Source of the DNA: Phycisphaerae bacterium
Lineage (GTDB): Bacteria > Planctomycetota > Phycisphaerae > WQYP01
DNA: 44,296 nucleotides
Direction of reading: 5' to 3'
Assembly (NCBI GenBank): GCA_037139555.1
Contig: JBAXGE010000002.1
Location: 1 to 44,296, forward strand
The position numbers were made by a program, and so were the translations under genes. Under the pieces are notes generated by a model that saw nothing but the letters and a program-made list of their open reading frames with translations, was not told the DNA's origin and ran no database searches. Shown here one piece after another: positions 17,688-27,969 of the stretch (its first letter is position 1; every line of letters begins with the position of its first letter).

Positions 17688-18767
17688 TCAGTTCGGTTCT
17701 ACCGCGCCGCCGGGCAGCTTGGCTTCGAGCCAGCAGGCTTCGGCGATAATCTTAACTTTAGCGCCGCGAATACCCGCGGGAATAAGTATGGTGTCACCGG
17801 CGGTGAACGCCGTTGGGCCGTGGCCTTCACATTCAATCACGCCCTGCCCTGACAAGACCATCCAGACCACCGGTTCGGCATAGGGGATATCCTGCTGATA
17901 CGACTCCACCATCCGTACCCGTTCCAAGGTGAAATAAGGGCAGGTCACCAAGCGACTGACGGTGGTAAAGACCCCGGCAATATGGCTGCGCTGTCCGCCG
18001 TCACTGGTGGTGGCACCGGTAAAGTTGATGCACTCCAGAGCTTGCTCCATATGCAACGCCCGGGGTTTGCCGTCTGCGCCCAAGCGATTGAAGTCGAAAA
18101 CCCGGAACGTGGTGTCGCTGGGCGTCTGCACTTCGGCGGCCAGAATGCCGGCCCCGAGCGCATGGACCGTGCCAGAACGCAGATAATGACAATCACCGGC
18201 TTTGACTTTGATGCTCTGGAGCAGTGGTTCCACTTCGCCTGCGGCCATGGCCACTTGGAATTGTTCCTTGGTGACCCCAGGCTTGAGACCCTTGTATATC
18301 CGCGCTCCCGGCTGGGCGTGCATGATGTACCACGCTTCGCTCTTCAAGTGGGCACCGGGGTGGGTGGCACAGTAGGCTTCATCGGGATGTACTTGGACGC
18401 TTAAATCCTGCTGAGCATCCAGAAACTTAATCAGTAGCGGGAAACGGCCGTGGGATAAAGGTGCGTGGCCCATAATCGGATGGGGCGCATCCGTTCCGGC
18501 CGGGGGGGCTAGGGATTCAAGCAACGCCCGGAGTGTTTTACCTTTATGGGGGCCATTGGTCACAATGCTGCTGAGGCTGCCGTCAGTGGCGCCACCCTGT
18601 GAGTCACTTTTAATCGTGCCGGGGGGGAGATCGGCCAATTCCCATGATTCGCCCACGGGCTTCTGCCGCCAGTCGTGAGGAACGGGCTTTTGGAGCAGGG
18701 AATGTAGTTGCTGGCCACCCCAAATGCGTTGCTGGAATACGGGCTCAAACTTCAATGGATACAACAC
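17688..18767 (-). CDS. manA: Type I phosphomannose isomerase (mannose-6-phosphate isomerase)
   Basis: The N-terminus MLYPLKFEPVFQQRIWGG is the family hallmark. Metal-binding motifs are SVQVHPD and GTVHALG. A GTG start is preceded by GGAG 8 nt upstream. Confidence 0.8.
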   Translation of the reverse strand: MLYPLKFEPVFQQRIWGGQQLHSLLQKPVPHDWRQKPVGESWELADLPPGTIKSDSQGGATDGSLSSIVTNGPHKGKTLRALLESLAPPAGTDAPHPIMGHAPLSHGRFPLLIKFLDAQQDLSVQVHPDEAYCATHPGAHLKSEAWYIMHAQPGARIYKGLKPGVTKEQFQVAMAAGEVEPLLQSIKVKAGDCHYLRSGTVHALGAGILAAEVQTPSDTTFRVFDFNRLGADGKPRALHMEQALECINFTGATTSDGGQRSHIAGVFTTVSRLVTCPYFTLERVRMVESYQQDIPYAEPVVWMVLSGQGVIECEGHGPTAFTAGDTILIPAGIRGAKVKIIAEACWLEAKLPGGAVEPN

Positions 18768-18788
18768 TTTTTACACTCCATTTCTATT

Positions 18789-18807
18789 CTGGCTTGATTC
18801 TAGCCAG
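18789..18807. promoter_or_regulatory. Candidate operator: inverted repeat CTGGCT-N7-AGCCAG in the manA / sahR-like divergent spacer
   Basis: A 6+6-bp inverted repeat sits inside the 64-bp intergenic region between two divergent transcription units. The 9-mer TTCTGGCTT that overlaps its left arm recurs at 19881-19889, upstream of ahcY. Confidence 0.3.
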
Positions 18808-18831
18808 CAGTATCTTTATCATTGTATCCGG

Positions 18832-19866
18832 ATGAACGGATATTTGCCAACTTCAGCGGTACGCAAAGCGGGAATTACCCATGCCTGGGTGGACCTGCTC
18901 AAGGCCTTTGCCGACCCGGTACGCCAGCGTATTCTAGCGCTGCTGCAACTACCGCCAGCGGAATTGAGCGTGGGCGAAATCTGCGACATCTTAAAATTGC
19001 CCCAGTCCACCGTCAGCCGTCATCTCAAGACGTTGGCGGAATGGCAATTGGTGGCGATTCGACCGGATGGTACGGCGATGATGTACCGGTTGGGGGAGGC
19101 CAGCCAACAGGCGGCGGTGAAGACGTTACTGGACCTGGCTACCAGCGCAATGCACGATGATCCTGCCGCACGCCATGATGCCGCACGGTTGATCACCATT
19201 ATCCGGCGGCGCGAAGCGAATAAACAACGAACCTTCGTCACCCCGGCTCCGGAATGGGAACAGATTCGCGCTGCCTGGTTTGGCGAGACGTTTCATATTG
19301 AAGCCATGGTGGCCGGCTGGAATCCAGCGTGGGTGGTAGGGGATTTGGGTACCGGGACAGGGCTGATGCTGCCCATTCTGGCGCCTCACGTAAACAAGAT
19401 AATCGCGGTGGAAATTGCCGAAGATATGTTGTTGGCGACCCAGCAGCGGGTGCACGCCGAAGGCCTGACCAATGTTGAAGTGCGGCGGGGGAGTTTGGAC
19501 CATTTGCCCATCGAAGATGCCTCATTGGATGTAGCCTTAGTGCAGTTGGTGTTGGTCCATGTGGCGGATCCATTGCTGGCACTGCGTCAGGCAGCGCGAG
19601 CCTTGAAACCTAACGGGGTCTTAATTGTGGTGGATTTGCAGCCCCACGAAGAAAAGTTTTTTATGCAAAAGATGGGCCATCGGTGTCTGGGCTTCACTCC
19701 CGAGCAGATACGCCAGTGGCTGACCGAAGCGGGTTTCAGCCAGACACGGTGGCATGGTCTGCCCGCGCGGCATTGGCGGGCCCCCGAAACCGATATCAGG
19801 ATTCCCGACCTCTTCGTGGTACGAGCGGTTCGTACGGCGAAAATATTACCGAACCCCACGGTTTAA
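18832..19866 (+). CDS. ArsR-family HTH fused to a class I SAM-methyltransferase fold (SahR-like regulator)
   Basis: The N-terminal ArsR HTH reads FADPVRQRILALL...SVGEICDILKLPQSTVSRHLKTL. The C-terminal methyltransferase motif I is VGDLGTGTG, and the post-I and later motifs read IIAVEIAEDM and LKPNGVLIVVD. The internal ATG at 18832 is used. Confidence 0.7.
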   Translation: MNGYLPTSAVRKAGITHAWVDLLKAFADPVRQRILALLQLPPAELSVGEICDILKLPQSTVSRHLKTLAEWQLVAIRPDGTAMMYRLGEASQQAAVKTLLDLATSAMHDDPAARHDAARLITIIRRREANKQRTFVTPAPEWEQIRAAWFGETFHIEAMVAGWNPAWVVGDLGTGTGLMLPILAPHVNKIIAVEIAEDMLLATQQRVHAEGLTNVEVRRGSLDHLPIEDASLDVALVQLVLVHVADPLLALRQAARALKPNGVLIVVDLQPHEEKFFMQKMGHRCLGFTPEQIRQWLTEAGFSQTRWHGLPARHWRAPETDIRIPDLFVVRAVRTAKILPNPTV

Positions 19867-21180
<1,314 letters not shown>

Positions 21181-21206
21181 TCCCACGTTGCGGCCATTTG
21201 AAAACA

Positions 21207-21239
21207 AACAAGGGCTTGGCATAACGCCAAGCCCTTGTT
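21207..21239. terminator. Bidirectional rho-independent terminator
   Basis: A 14-bp perfect stem pairs AACAAGGGCTTGGC with GCCAAGCCCTTGTT around the loop ATAAC. It lies between convergent ahcY and the secreted-protein gene. A T-run is present on the minus-strand side (TTGTTTGTTTTC). Confidence 0.75.
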
Positions 21240-21276
21240 ATTGGGTAATGCAAAAGTTTTTGGGGTCCGGGCCGGA

Positions 21277-23586
21277 TTACTTGGCACTGTAACCTTGGAA
21301 CGTCATCCGCATATCAATATCCTCTTTGGCCAGAGTGCCTTTCAAACCCAGGTCGGTGCCCTTGACGGTGATGAGTGCGGTGCCCCGTACACCTACCACC
21401 GAACCATCCCGACCACCGGCATTATAACTCAGTATAATACGCGGTCTGATATTGATGCTGTAGGTTCCAATCTGAAGGGTTGCGTCAGACTCATAACTGG
21501 TAGCAGACCGTTCCGAGGTTTTACCTTTGTCGTCGGTAACCGTAAAAGTCTCGGTTTTGGGAGAGCCCAAAGACTTGACTGAAAGCGTAAGTTTGGGCAC
21601 GGGGTTCACACCCTCAATATATTGCCCCAGCACACGACGGGCTTGCGAAGCGTTGGGCTGACACCACCGATCACAACTCAACACAAAACTCCCCTGCGCA
21701 ACCCCGTCTTTGATCGTGAGCGCACCGCTTTCGGGTTTCCCATAAGCAAAACTCGGCCACATCTGACCCTTCGCATCACGGAACTCGGCATCCACCGTCA
21801 CGTATTTGGGTTTCGTCGGGGAGAAGTTATATACGGTGCCTTCCGTGGGTACGGAGGGCGGTTTCTTGGCATCCACGCGATTGGCAAACACTTCAATCGT
21901 AAGCCGGCGTGGTTTTGTATTAGGTGTTACCGCGGGTTTGGTGGTACTGCCACCTTTGGATAGATCCAGCACGGCAAACCAACCATCGGACCAACCACCA
22001 CCGAACTTTTCTTGTGCGGGATTCACCGTGGGTGGCGGTGCGATATGGCCGTAGGTTTCACCTTTTTCTGCTACACCGGTCGTGAATACCACCAGTGGCT
22101 TCTTGTCCACGGTACCCGAACCAATACCCCAAGCGTCGCCATTTTCATTGCCAACGATGGCCGTACCCGCACCCGGGATCGCCGAGCAGAAGCGGACGCC
22201 GTTCAATTCCGGAGTGAAGATCGCGATGTAATTACCGGCGGGTTCGGAGCGCCCAATAAAATTGGGCGTTTGAATCAGGCCCCAGGCGGAACCTCCACCC
22301 ACAGCCAGAGACCCATCGTCGGCTTGGCCAATCGCATTGACGCTAATACCATTGGGTTTACCGGCAAAACGGGCACACCAGAAGGTAAAGCCTACCACCT
22401 GATAGTCTTTGGGTTCGATTTTGATCAGATAACCGAAGCTGGAGACCGAAGCACCGGCGGCGTTTAGTCCGGTACCGGCGAGTCCCACCCCACGCCGGAT
22501 GTCCTGAGGCATGCAATTCATGACTGAGTTACCGCCATCGGACCAGGCAAAGAGCAGGATGTTTCCCTCATTGTCATGTTGTACTAGTCGTACCGCCGAA
22601 TCGGAAACCGCGCGGCTGTTGTCCAGCCCGACATAAGGACCACCCCAGTCATAAAACTGGTAGAGTTGTTTGCCCGTAGGTTCAAATATGTTGAGCATGG
22701 GACAACGCCACGGTTCGCGCCCAGTACCCCAATGGTGCTCACCACCTTTGACAATCAAGCCATCAACGGGACTGACCGAGGTGGTTTCACGCACCCCGCC
22801 GGGAATCACGGCTGCGTTCAGTAGCTTGCCATTAGGATCAAGTGTTTTAACGTCCTGAGCCGCGAAGGAGATGTTGCCATCTTTACGGAGCTTTACCGAA
22901 GGGGCATCAGAGAGCCCCTTGGCGGTTTGGAGCCAAAGAATCTTGGTCGCATCGCCGGACAATTTGGCTACGAAGGTGAAGTTGCACATACCACCTTTGC
23001 GTTCGGCATCTGCGCCCACCGGCAGCAAGGACTGATTACCGCCCACACTGGCTATTTTGTCGGTAGCCTTGCCCGCAATATAGATGCCCCCCATATCATC
23101 GGCCACGATGCTGGTGATCGCAGCGGAGTCCCAGGGAAGGCGGGATACGGAGACGACCTTCTTATAGTCGGGTGACATTCGGACGAGGAAACCGGTGACC
23201 CCGGGTACCGCCCATGAAGCTGGATTATTCCCACCCTTTTTATCCTTAGTACGTGCGAATTCCGCCGGGGGGGTACCATCGTTACCCAGGATCGTGGGTT
23301 TGACCCCCAGATCAAACACTGGCCCGGCTACGTTGCCAGCAAGGATGAGCGTTTTATCGGGCAGAAAGTCCCCGCCAATGAGCCATTCATTACCTGCCCC
23401 GCCGAGGAAGGACGCGGTGACAACCTCGGCTTGATCCGCACGGGCCGGCCAGAACGGCAATTTACCGCCCTTAATAGCCTTCTCCGAGCGTTCACCCGTT
23501 GGGATATATTCTTCTGCAGAAAGGGACGCCGCAGCAACGGTGCAACAGAGCAACGCGAAGGTAATTTGACGCAGGATGGGTCTCAT
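21277..23586 (-). CDS. Secreted SBBP-like beta-propeller repeat protein with an unassigned C-terminal domain
   Basis: 769 aa counted from the ATG at 23586, with AGGAG 6 nt upstream. The signal peptide is MRPILRQITFALLCCTVAAASLSA. Repeats of the type FLGGAGNEW...AGNVAG and GWSDGWFAVLDL resemble SBBP propeller blades. I cannot assign the last roughly 200 aa. Confidence 0.55.
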   Translation of the reverse strand: MRPILRQITFALLCCTVAAASLSAEEYIPTGERSEKAIKGGKLPFWPARADQAEVVTASFLGGAGNEWLIGGDFLPDKTLILAGNVAGPVFDLGVKPTILGNDGTPPAEFARTKDKKGGNNPASWAVPGVTGFLVRMSPDYKKVVSVSRLPWDSAAITSIVADDMGGIYIAGKATDKIASVGGNQSLLPVGADAERKGGMCNFTFVAKLSGDATKILWLQTAKGLSDAPSVKLRKDGNISFAAQDVKTLDPNGKLLNAAVIPGGVRETTSVSPVDGLIVKGGEHHWGTGREPWRCPMLNIFEPTGKQLYQFYDWGGPYVGLDNSRAVSDSAVRLVQHDNEGNILLFAWSDGGNSVMNCMPQDIRRGVGLAGTGLNAAGASVSSFGYLIKIEPKDYQVVGFTFWCARFAGKPNGISVNAIGQADDGSLAVGGGSAWGLIQTPNFIGRSEPAGNYIAIFTPELNGVRFCSAIPGAGTAIVGNENGDAWGIGSGTVDKKPLVVFTTGVAEKGETYGHIAPPPTVNPAQEKFGGGWSDGWFAVLDLSKGGSTTKPAVTPNTKPRRLTIEVFANRVDAKKPPSVPTEGTVYNFSPTKPKYVTVDAEFRDAKGQMWPSFAYGKPESGALTIKDGVAQGSFVLSCDRWCQPNASQARRVLGQYIEGVNPVPKLTLSVKSLGSPKTETFTVTDDKGKTSERSATSYESDATLQIGTYSINIRPRIILSYNAGGRDGSVVGVRGTALITVKGTDLGLKGTLAKEDIDMRMTFQGYSAK

Positions 23587-23709
23587 ATAAGCTCCTAAAC
23601 GTATAAGGTATCGAAGCGGTCTGGACACCAGACCAGATCCGAGTTCAATACCAACACGGGTACAATTTGGGCTAACGGGAATAGTGCTGGATTATTGCCT
23701 GAAATCCGA

Positions 23710-25749
23710 TTAATCAACCTGAATTATGCGTAAGGGGGGTAATGCGGACAAAAATTGCTTGCCATAGGTCCGGGTAACGATGCGATGATCCATCACAACC
23801 ACGATTCCATGGTCGCTACGGCTGCGAATCAGACGGCCGAAGCCCTGTTTGAATTTGATGATCGCCTCGGGCAGCGAATAGTCGCGAAAGGGATTGCCGC
23901 CGGTAAGCTTAATCTGCTCCATCCGGGCTTCCACCAGCGGTTCGTCGGGTACCGAGAAGGGGAGTTTCACGATTATGACGTTTCGGAGGGCTTCACCCCG
24001 GACATCTACACCCTGCCAGAAGGAATCCGTACCCAGCAGCACACTGTGGGCATTTTTCTTGAAGGAATCGAGCATCTGACTACGGTCCTGGCCAGCCCCT
24101 TGGACCAATAGCGGGTAGCCAAGTTCGGCCAAGGGTTGGCGGAGTATGGCCGCAGCATCCTGAAGCCCCCGATAGGACGTGAAGAGAATGAACGCATGGC
24201 CATGGGTCTGCCGCAGGTAATCCAGGGACCGGGCCATGGCATTGGTGGTGAAATCCGGGCTGTCGGGCTCGCCCAGACCGGTTTCCAGAAACAGGGTGGC
24301 TTGTTCTTCATAGTTGAACGGTGACCCGAGTTGTAGTTCCTGACCGGTGGCCAGTCCGATCCGTTGCCGGAGATAACTGAAGGGGCTGGATGATTTCTGA
24401 CCCCGTCCGGTGGCCAGCGTGGCACTGGTCAGAATGACGCTTTTCGTGGCGTCGAACAGATTGGTTTTCAGGTGTGGCCCCACACATACCGGGGCCGCCG
24501 AGAGGGTGATGCGGCGATGGGTACGACCGGTGGACTCGAGCCAATAGACATAATCGTCCATTTCCTGGGCCAACCAGGCACTCAGGGCCACGCTCTTGCC
24601 TTGGATTTGCTGGATATAGCTTTGCAGTTCGAAACAATCGCGTTCATTTTCGAAGTTGCCCGTGGGCTGCCCGGCTTGCGGATTGTCTTCGATATCAATG
24701 GGTGTGCCTGTGAGTTTGCCCAATTGGGCCAACATTCGGCGCAAATGGTGTACGGCTTGATCCAGCAAGGGGCCCACGGTATTGGGTACGATGTCTTTGC
24801 GGCGCACCCGGCCATTGGGGGGACTGTCCGATTCCATCCAGCGTTGTACATCATCGAAGAAATTAAGACTCTCGGCATGGGCCTGCGCGATCACGTCGCG
24901 GGCCTCGGTGGTATCCACTTTGTCGAGATGGGCGAGAAAGCCCCGATGGGTTTGCGGTTGATATAACCGCGACAAGGTATGGCGCAATCCGGCTTCTGAC
25001 ACATTCAAGCCCAAGTGTTCTGCCGCCACGGCTTCAATGGTGTGGGCTTCATCGAGAATGGCCAGATCATAATTGGGCAATAATTGTCCACCAGCCCGAC
25101 GAACGGCCAGATCCGCGAAAAACATGGCGTGATTGCAGATTAGCAGTTGCCCAGTTTGCATCCGCCGACGGCTCTGCTGATAGTGGCAGGGATTATAGTA
25201 TTTACACCGCTTGCCCAGACAGTTGCCATGTTCCGCACACACTTGCTCCCATACCTGCCAGGCGACTGTGCGCGGCAGGTCGGAACGCGAACCGTCTTCG
25301 GTTTCGTTGGACCAGTCGCGTACCAGCATGAGATCATCGTAATGACGGCTGTCCGTAAACAGGCCCGTCATGCGTTCCAAGGCCTGATGCATACGACGCA
25401 GACACAGGTAGTTACTGCGTCCCTTGCACAGAACCGCAGAGAACTCATGACCACAGACACTGCGCAGCAGGGGGATATCTTTGTGCAGCAATTGCTCTTG
25501 CAGGCTGATTGTATGGGTGGAAATGACCACCCGGCGTTTATGGATGACCACCTGTTCGATGGCCGGAGCCAGATAGGCAAAAGATTTACCGATGCCGGTG
25601 CCCGCCTCAACAATCAAATGATGGGCATTGGTAAAGGCATCAGACACCGCCTGCGCCATGGTGATCTGCTCGGGACGTGCTTCGAAATCATGCAGGCGCC
25701 GGGCAATGAGTCCGTTAGGGGCAAGAAGTTGCTCCGTCAATGATGCCAC
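23710..25749 (-). CDS. dinG: DinG/XPD-family ATP-dependent DNA helicase (Fe-S type)
   Basis: Walker A is EAGTGIGKSFAYL and the DEAH box is LDEAHTIE. A Cys cluster (CLRRM ... CAEHGNCLGKRCKYYNPC) sits between them. The C-terminal helicase motifs are GTDSFWQGVD and QGFGRLIRS. The start is GTG. Confidence 0.85.
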   Translation of the reverse strand: MASLTEQLLAPNGLIARRLHDFEARPEQITMAQAVSDAFTNAHHLIVEAGTGIGKSFAYLAPAIEQVVIHKRRVVISTHTISLQEQLLHKDIPLLRSVCGHEFSAVLCKGRSNYLCLRRMHQALERMTGLFTDSRHYDDLMLVRDWSNETEDGSRSDLPRTVAWQVWEQVCAEHGNCLGKRCKYYNPCHYQQSRRRMQTGQLLICNHAMFFADLAVRRAGGQLLPNYDLAILDEAHTIEAVAAEHLGLNVSEAGLRHTLSRLYQPQTHRGFLAHLDKVDTTEARDVIAQAHAESLNFFDDVQRWMESDSPPNGRVRRKDIVPNTVGPLLDQAVHHLRRMLAQLGKLTGTPIDIEDNPQAGQPTGNFENERDCFELQSYIQQIQGKSVALSAWLAQEMDDYVYWLESTGRTHRRITLSAAPVCVGPHLKTNLFDATKSVILTSATLATGRGQKSSSPFSYLRQRIGLATGQELQLGSPFNYEEQATLFLETGLGEPDSPDFTTNAMARSLDYLRQTHGHAFILFTSYRGLQDAAAILRQPLAELGYPLLVQGAGQDRSQMLDSFKKNAHSVLLGTDSFWQGVDVRGEALRNVIIVKLPFSVPDEPLVEARMEQIKLTGGNPFRDYSLPEAIIKFKQGFGRLIRSRSDHGIVVVMDHRIVTRTYGKQFLSALPPLRIIQVD

Positions 25750-25768
25750 GGTGTGTTATCGTGCGCGT

Positions 25769-27754
25769 TTAGCCCATCAATTCAAGCTGGCGCGTACGAA
25801 TCTCCTCCTTGAGACGTTGCACGAAATCGGCCACGGTCATCGTGCCCAGGTCCTTGTCTTTACGCGTGCGGATGGCGACAGTCCCGTCCTGGGCTTCTTT
25901 GGCGCCGAGAATAAGCATATAGGGCACTTTGGTTTCGCGGGCGCGGCGGATCTTGGCGCCGATCTTGTCGGGACCGAAATCCGTCTCCGTGCGGATGAGC
26001 TGGGCCTGCAATTGGGCCGCAATCTCCCGGGCATACGCTTCAGTTTTCTCGGAGATGGACAGGACCGCCACCTGCACCGGACTGAGCCACGTGGGGAATG
26101 CCCCGGCAAAGTGCTCGATCAAAATGCCCGTGAAGCGTTCCATCGAACCGAACGGGGCCCGGTGGATCATCACGGGGCGATGGGTCTGGTTGTCCGCGCC
26201 GATGTATTCCAACTGGAAACGCTCGGGCAGGTTGAAGTCCAGTTGGACCGTACCCAATTGCCACTTGCGGCCGATGCAGTCTTTGACCATGAAGTCAATC
26301 TTGGGGCCGTAGAACGCGGCTTCGCCGATGCCTTCCACATGGGGGATATTCACTTCACGCACGACCTTGCGCAGGATCGCTTCGGCCTTATCCCAGACCT
26401 CCGCTTCACCCATGTATTTGTTAGAGGCGGGATCACGCAAGCTGACGCGGCAATCGTAGTCCTTGAAGCCCAGCGTGTTGAACACGTGCATCACCATCTG
26501 CACGGTGCTGCGGAATTCCGCTTCCACCTGTTCGGGCGTACAGAACAAGTGGGCATCATCCTGGGTAAAGCCGCGCACCCGCGTCATACCGTTAAGTTCG
26601 CCGGTTTGTTCGTAGCGGTAGACGGTGCCGAACTCGGCCAGACGCAACGGCAAATCGCGATAGCTGCGCGGTTCATGGGCATACATCTGGATATGGTGCG
26701 GGCAATTCATCGGGCGCAGCAGATATTCGGAATCGTCGCTGGGATCGCGTTCATTCATGCGGATGGTGGGGAACTGCGATTCCTTGTAGTAGGGATAGTG
26801 ACCACTGGCTTTGTACAGATTGATGTTCCCAATCTGGGGCGAGTAAACAATATGGTAGCCGCGGCGCATTAATTCTTCGCGCATATACTGTTCCAACTCG
26901 GTCCGTAGCACCGCCCCCTTGGGCAGCCACAGAATCAGCCCCGCACCCACCAGCGGACTGATGGTAAACAGCGACATTTGCTTGCCGATGACGCGATGGT
27001 CGCGGCGTTTGGCTTCTTCCAAAGCATTGAGGTAGGCATCCAAATCTTTCTGCGTCGGGAACGCTGTGCCATAGACTCGCTGCAACTGCTGGGCTTTCTC
27101 ATCGCCGTGCCAGTATGCTCCGGCCACGGACATGAGCTTGAACGCGCCTACCCGGCTGGTGCTGGGCACGTGCGGGCCCCGGCAGAGGTCTTCCCAGTTC
27201 TGGCCGGGTGTGCCGGTGGCATAGAACGTCAACACGGCTTGCGGGTCGGCGTTGATGGCTCGCTGGGCATTGTCCACTTTGTAGGGGTTGCCTTCCTGGG
27301 CCAGTTTGGCCAGCGCGACATTCTGCGTCAGTTCATAACGGGTAAAGGGGCGGTCTTCTGCGACGATTTTCTTCATCTCGGCTTCGATCGCCAGCAGGTC
27401 TTCGGCGGTCAGCTTGTGTTCCAGTTCAATATCATAGTAGTAACCATTCTCCACCGGCGGCCCGTAAGCCAGCTTGGCCTCCGGGAATAACCGTACGATG
27501 GCTTCGGCCATGACATGGGCCGTGGAGTGACGAATCAGATACAACGCATGAGCATCTTCAGGCTTGGCCGTAACCAGGGCCAGTGTGGCATCCTGTTTAA
27601 TGGCCAGATTGGCATCACAAAGCTGGCCATCCACCACCGCGCCAATGGTGGCCGCGGCCAGACGCGGGCCGATGGCCTTGGCCACATCCATAGGGGTGAT
27701 GACCGCTTGGTCAAATTGTTTCTGGGCACCATCCGGGAGCGTAATCGTTACCAT
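25769..27754 (-). CDS. thrS: Threonyl-tRNA synthetase
   Basis: 661 aa. The TGS N-terminus reads ITLPDGAQKQF. The editing-domain motif is HSTAHVMA. Class II motifs are FRSYRDLPLRLAEFGTVYRYE and GFTQDDAH. An anticodon-binding domain follows. GAGG lies 6 nt upstream of the ATG. Confidence 0.95.
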   Translation of the reverse strand: MVTITLPDGAQKQFDQAVITPMDVAKAIGPRLAAATIGAVVDGQLCDANLAIKQDATLALVTAKPEDAHALYLIRHSTAHVMAEAIVRLFPEAKLAYGPPVENGYYYDIELEHKLTAEDLLAIEAEMKKIVAEDRPFTRYELTQNVALAKLAQEGNPYKVDNAQRAINADPQAVLTFYATGTPGQNWEDLCRGPHVPSTSRVGAFKLMSVAGAYWHGDEKAQQLQRVYGTAFPTQKDLDAYLNALEEAKRRDHRVIGKQMSLFTISPLVGAGLILWLPKGAVLRTELEQYMREELMRRGYHIVYSPQIGNINLYKASGHYPYYKESQFPTIRMNERDPSDDSEYLLRPMNCPHHIQMYAHEPRSYRDLPLRLAEFGTVYRYEQTGELNGMTRVRGFTQDDAHLFCTPEQVEAEFRSTVQMVMHVFNTLGFKDYDCRVSLRDPASNKYMGEAEVWDKAEAILRKVVREVNIPHVEGIGEAAFYGPKIDFMVKDCIGRKWQLGTVQLDFNLPERFQLEYIGADNQTHRPVMIHRAPFGSMERFTGILIEHFAGAFPTWLSPVQVAVLSISEKTEAYAREIAAQLQAQLIRTETDFGPDKIGAKIRRARETKVPYMLILGAKEAQDGTVAIRTRKDKDLGTMTVADFVQRLKEEIRTRQLELMG

Positions 27755-27809
27755 GGCAAACCTCGTAAGGTATAAGTGGGCAAGAATTCAAGCGACGCAA
27801 AAACAGACG

Positions 27810-27873
27810 CGGCACAACCAGTCTGGCCATAGGGCATGAGCAATCCATGACCCGCGGTCAGTTAGTTGTGCCG
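27810..27873 (-). promoter_or_regulatory. Structured element in the thrS 5' leader
   Basis: A 9-bp closing stem pairs CGGCACAAC (27810-27818) with GTTGTGCCG (27865-27873). It encloses a 7-bp bulged hairpin at 27832-27853. In mRNA sense, a U5 run (27799-27803) follows 6 nt later. Confidence 0.3.
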
Positions 27874-27928
27874 ATTCGTAGTTCGTGTCGTCATCATCGT
27901 CAGCGGATTCCAATTAAAACCGACCCGT

Positions 27929-27958
27929 ATAGTAAGCCCACACAGGCGGTTACGTCAA
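27929..27958 (-). promoter_or_regulatory. Candidate sigma-70 promoter for thrS
   Basis: Read on the minus strand: TTGACG (27958-27953), an 18-nt spacer, then TACTAT (27934-27929). It lies just downstream of the TatD-like stop codon. Confidence 0.4.
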
Positions 27959-27969
27959 ATTATCGCCCC

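Noticed and set aside
23627-23643. The hairpin GGTCTGG-ACA-CCAGACC as a terminator for the DinG-family gene
   Set aside because: There is no U-run on the minus strand after the stem. It is recorded only as a feature of the secreted-protein gene's upstream region.
25628-26872. A 414-aa ORF antisense to thrS
   Set aside because: It lies entirely within a highly conserved thrS coding region. Its composition is Arg/Gly/His/Ala-rich, typical of antisense frames in GC-rich genes, and it has no recognisable motifs. The same reasoning applies to 20098-20964 (antisense to ahcY), 6314-6874 (antisense to ymdB-like), 6995-7552 (antisense to ilvD), 31659-32192 (antisense to SRAP), 38148-38696 (antisense to fliA) and 9398-10024.
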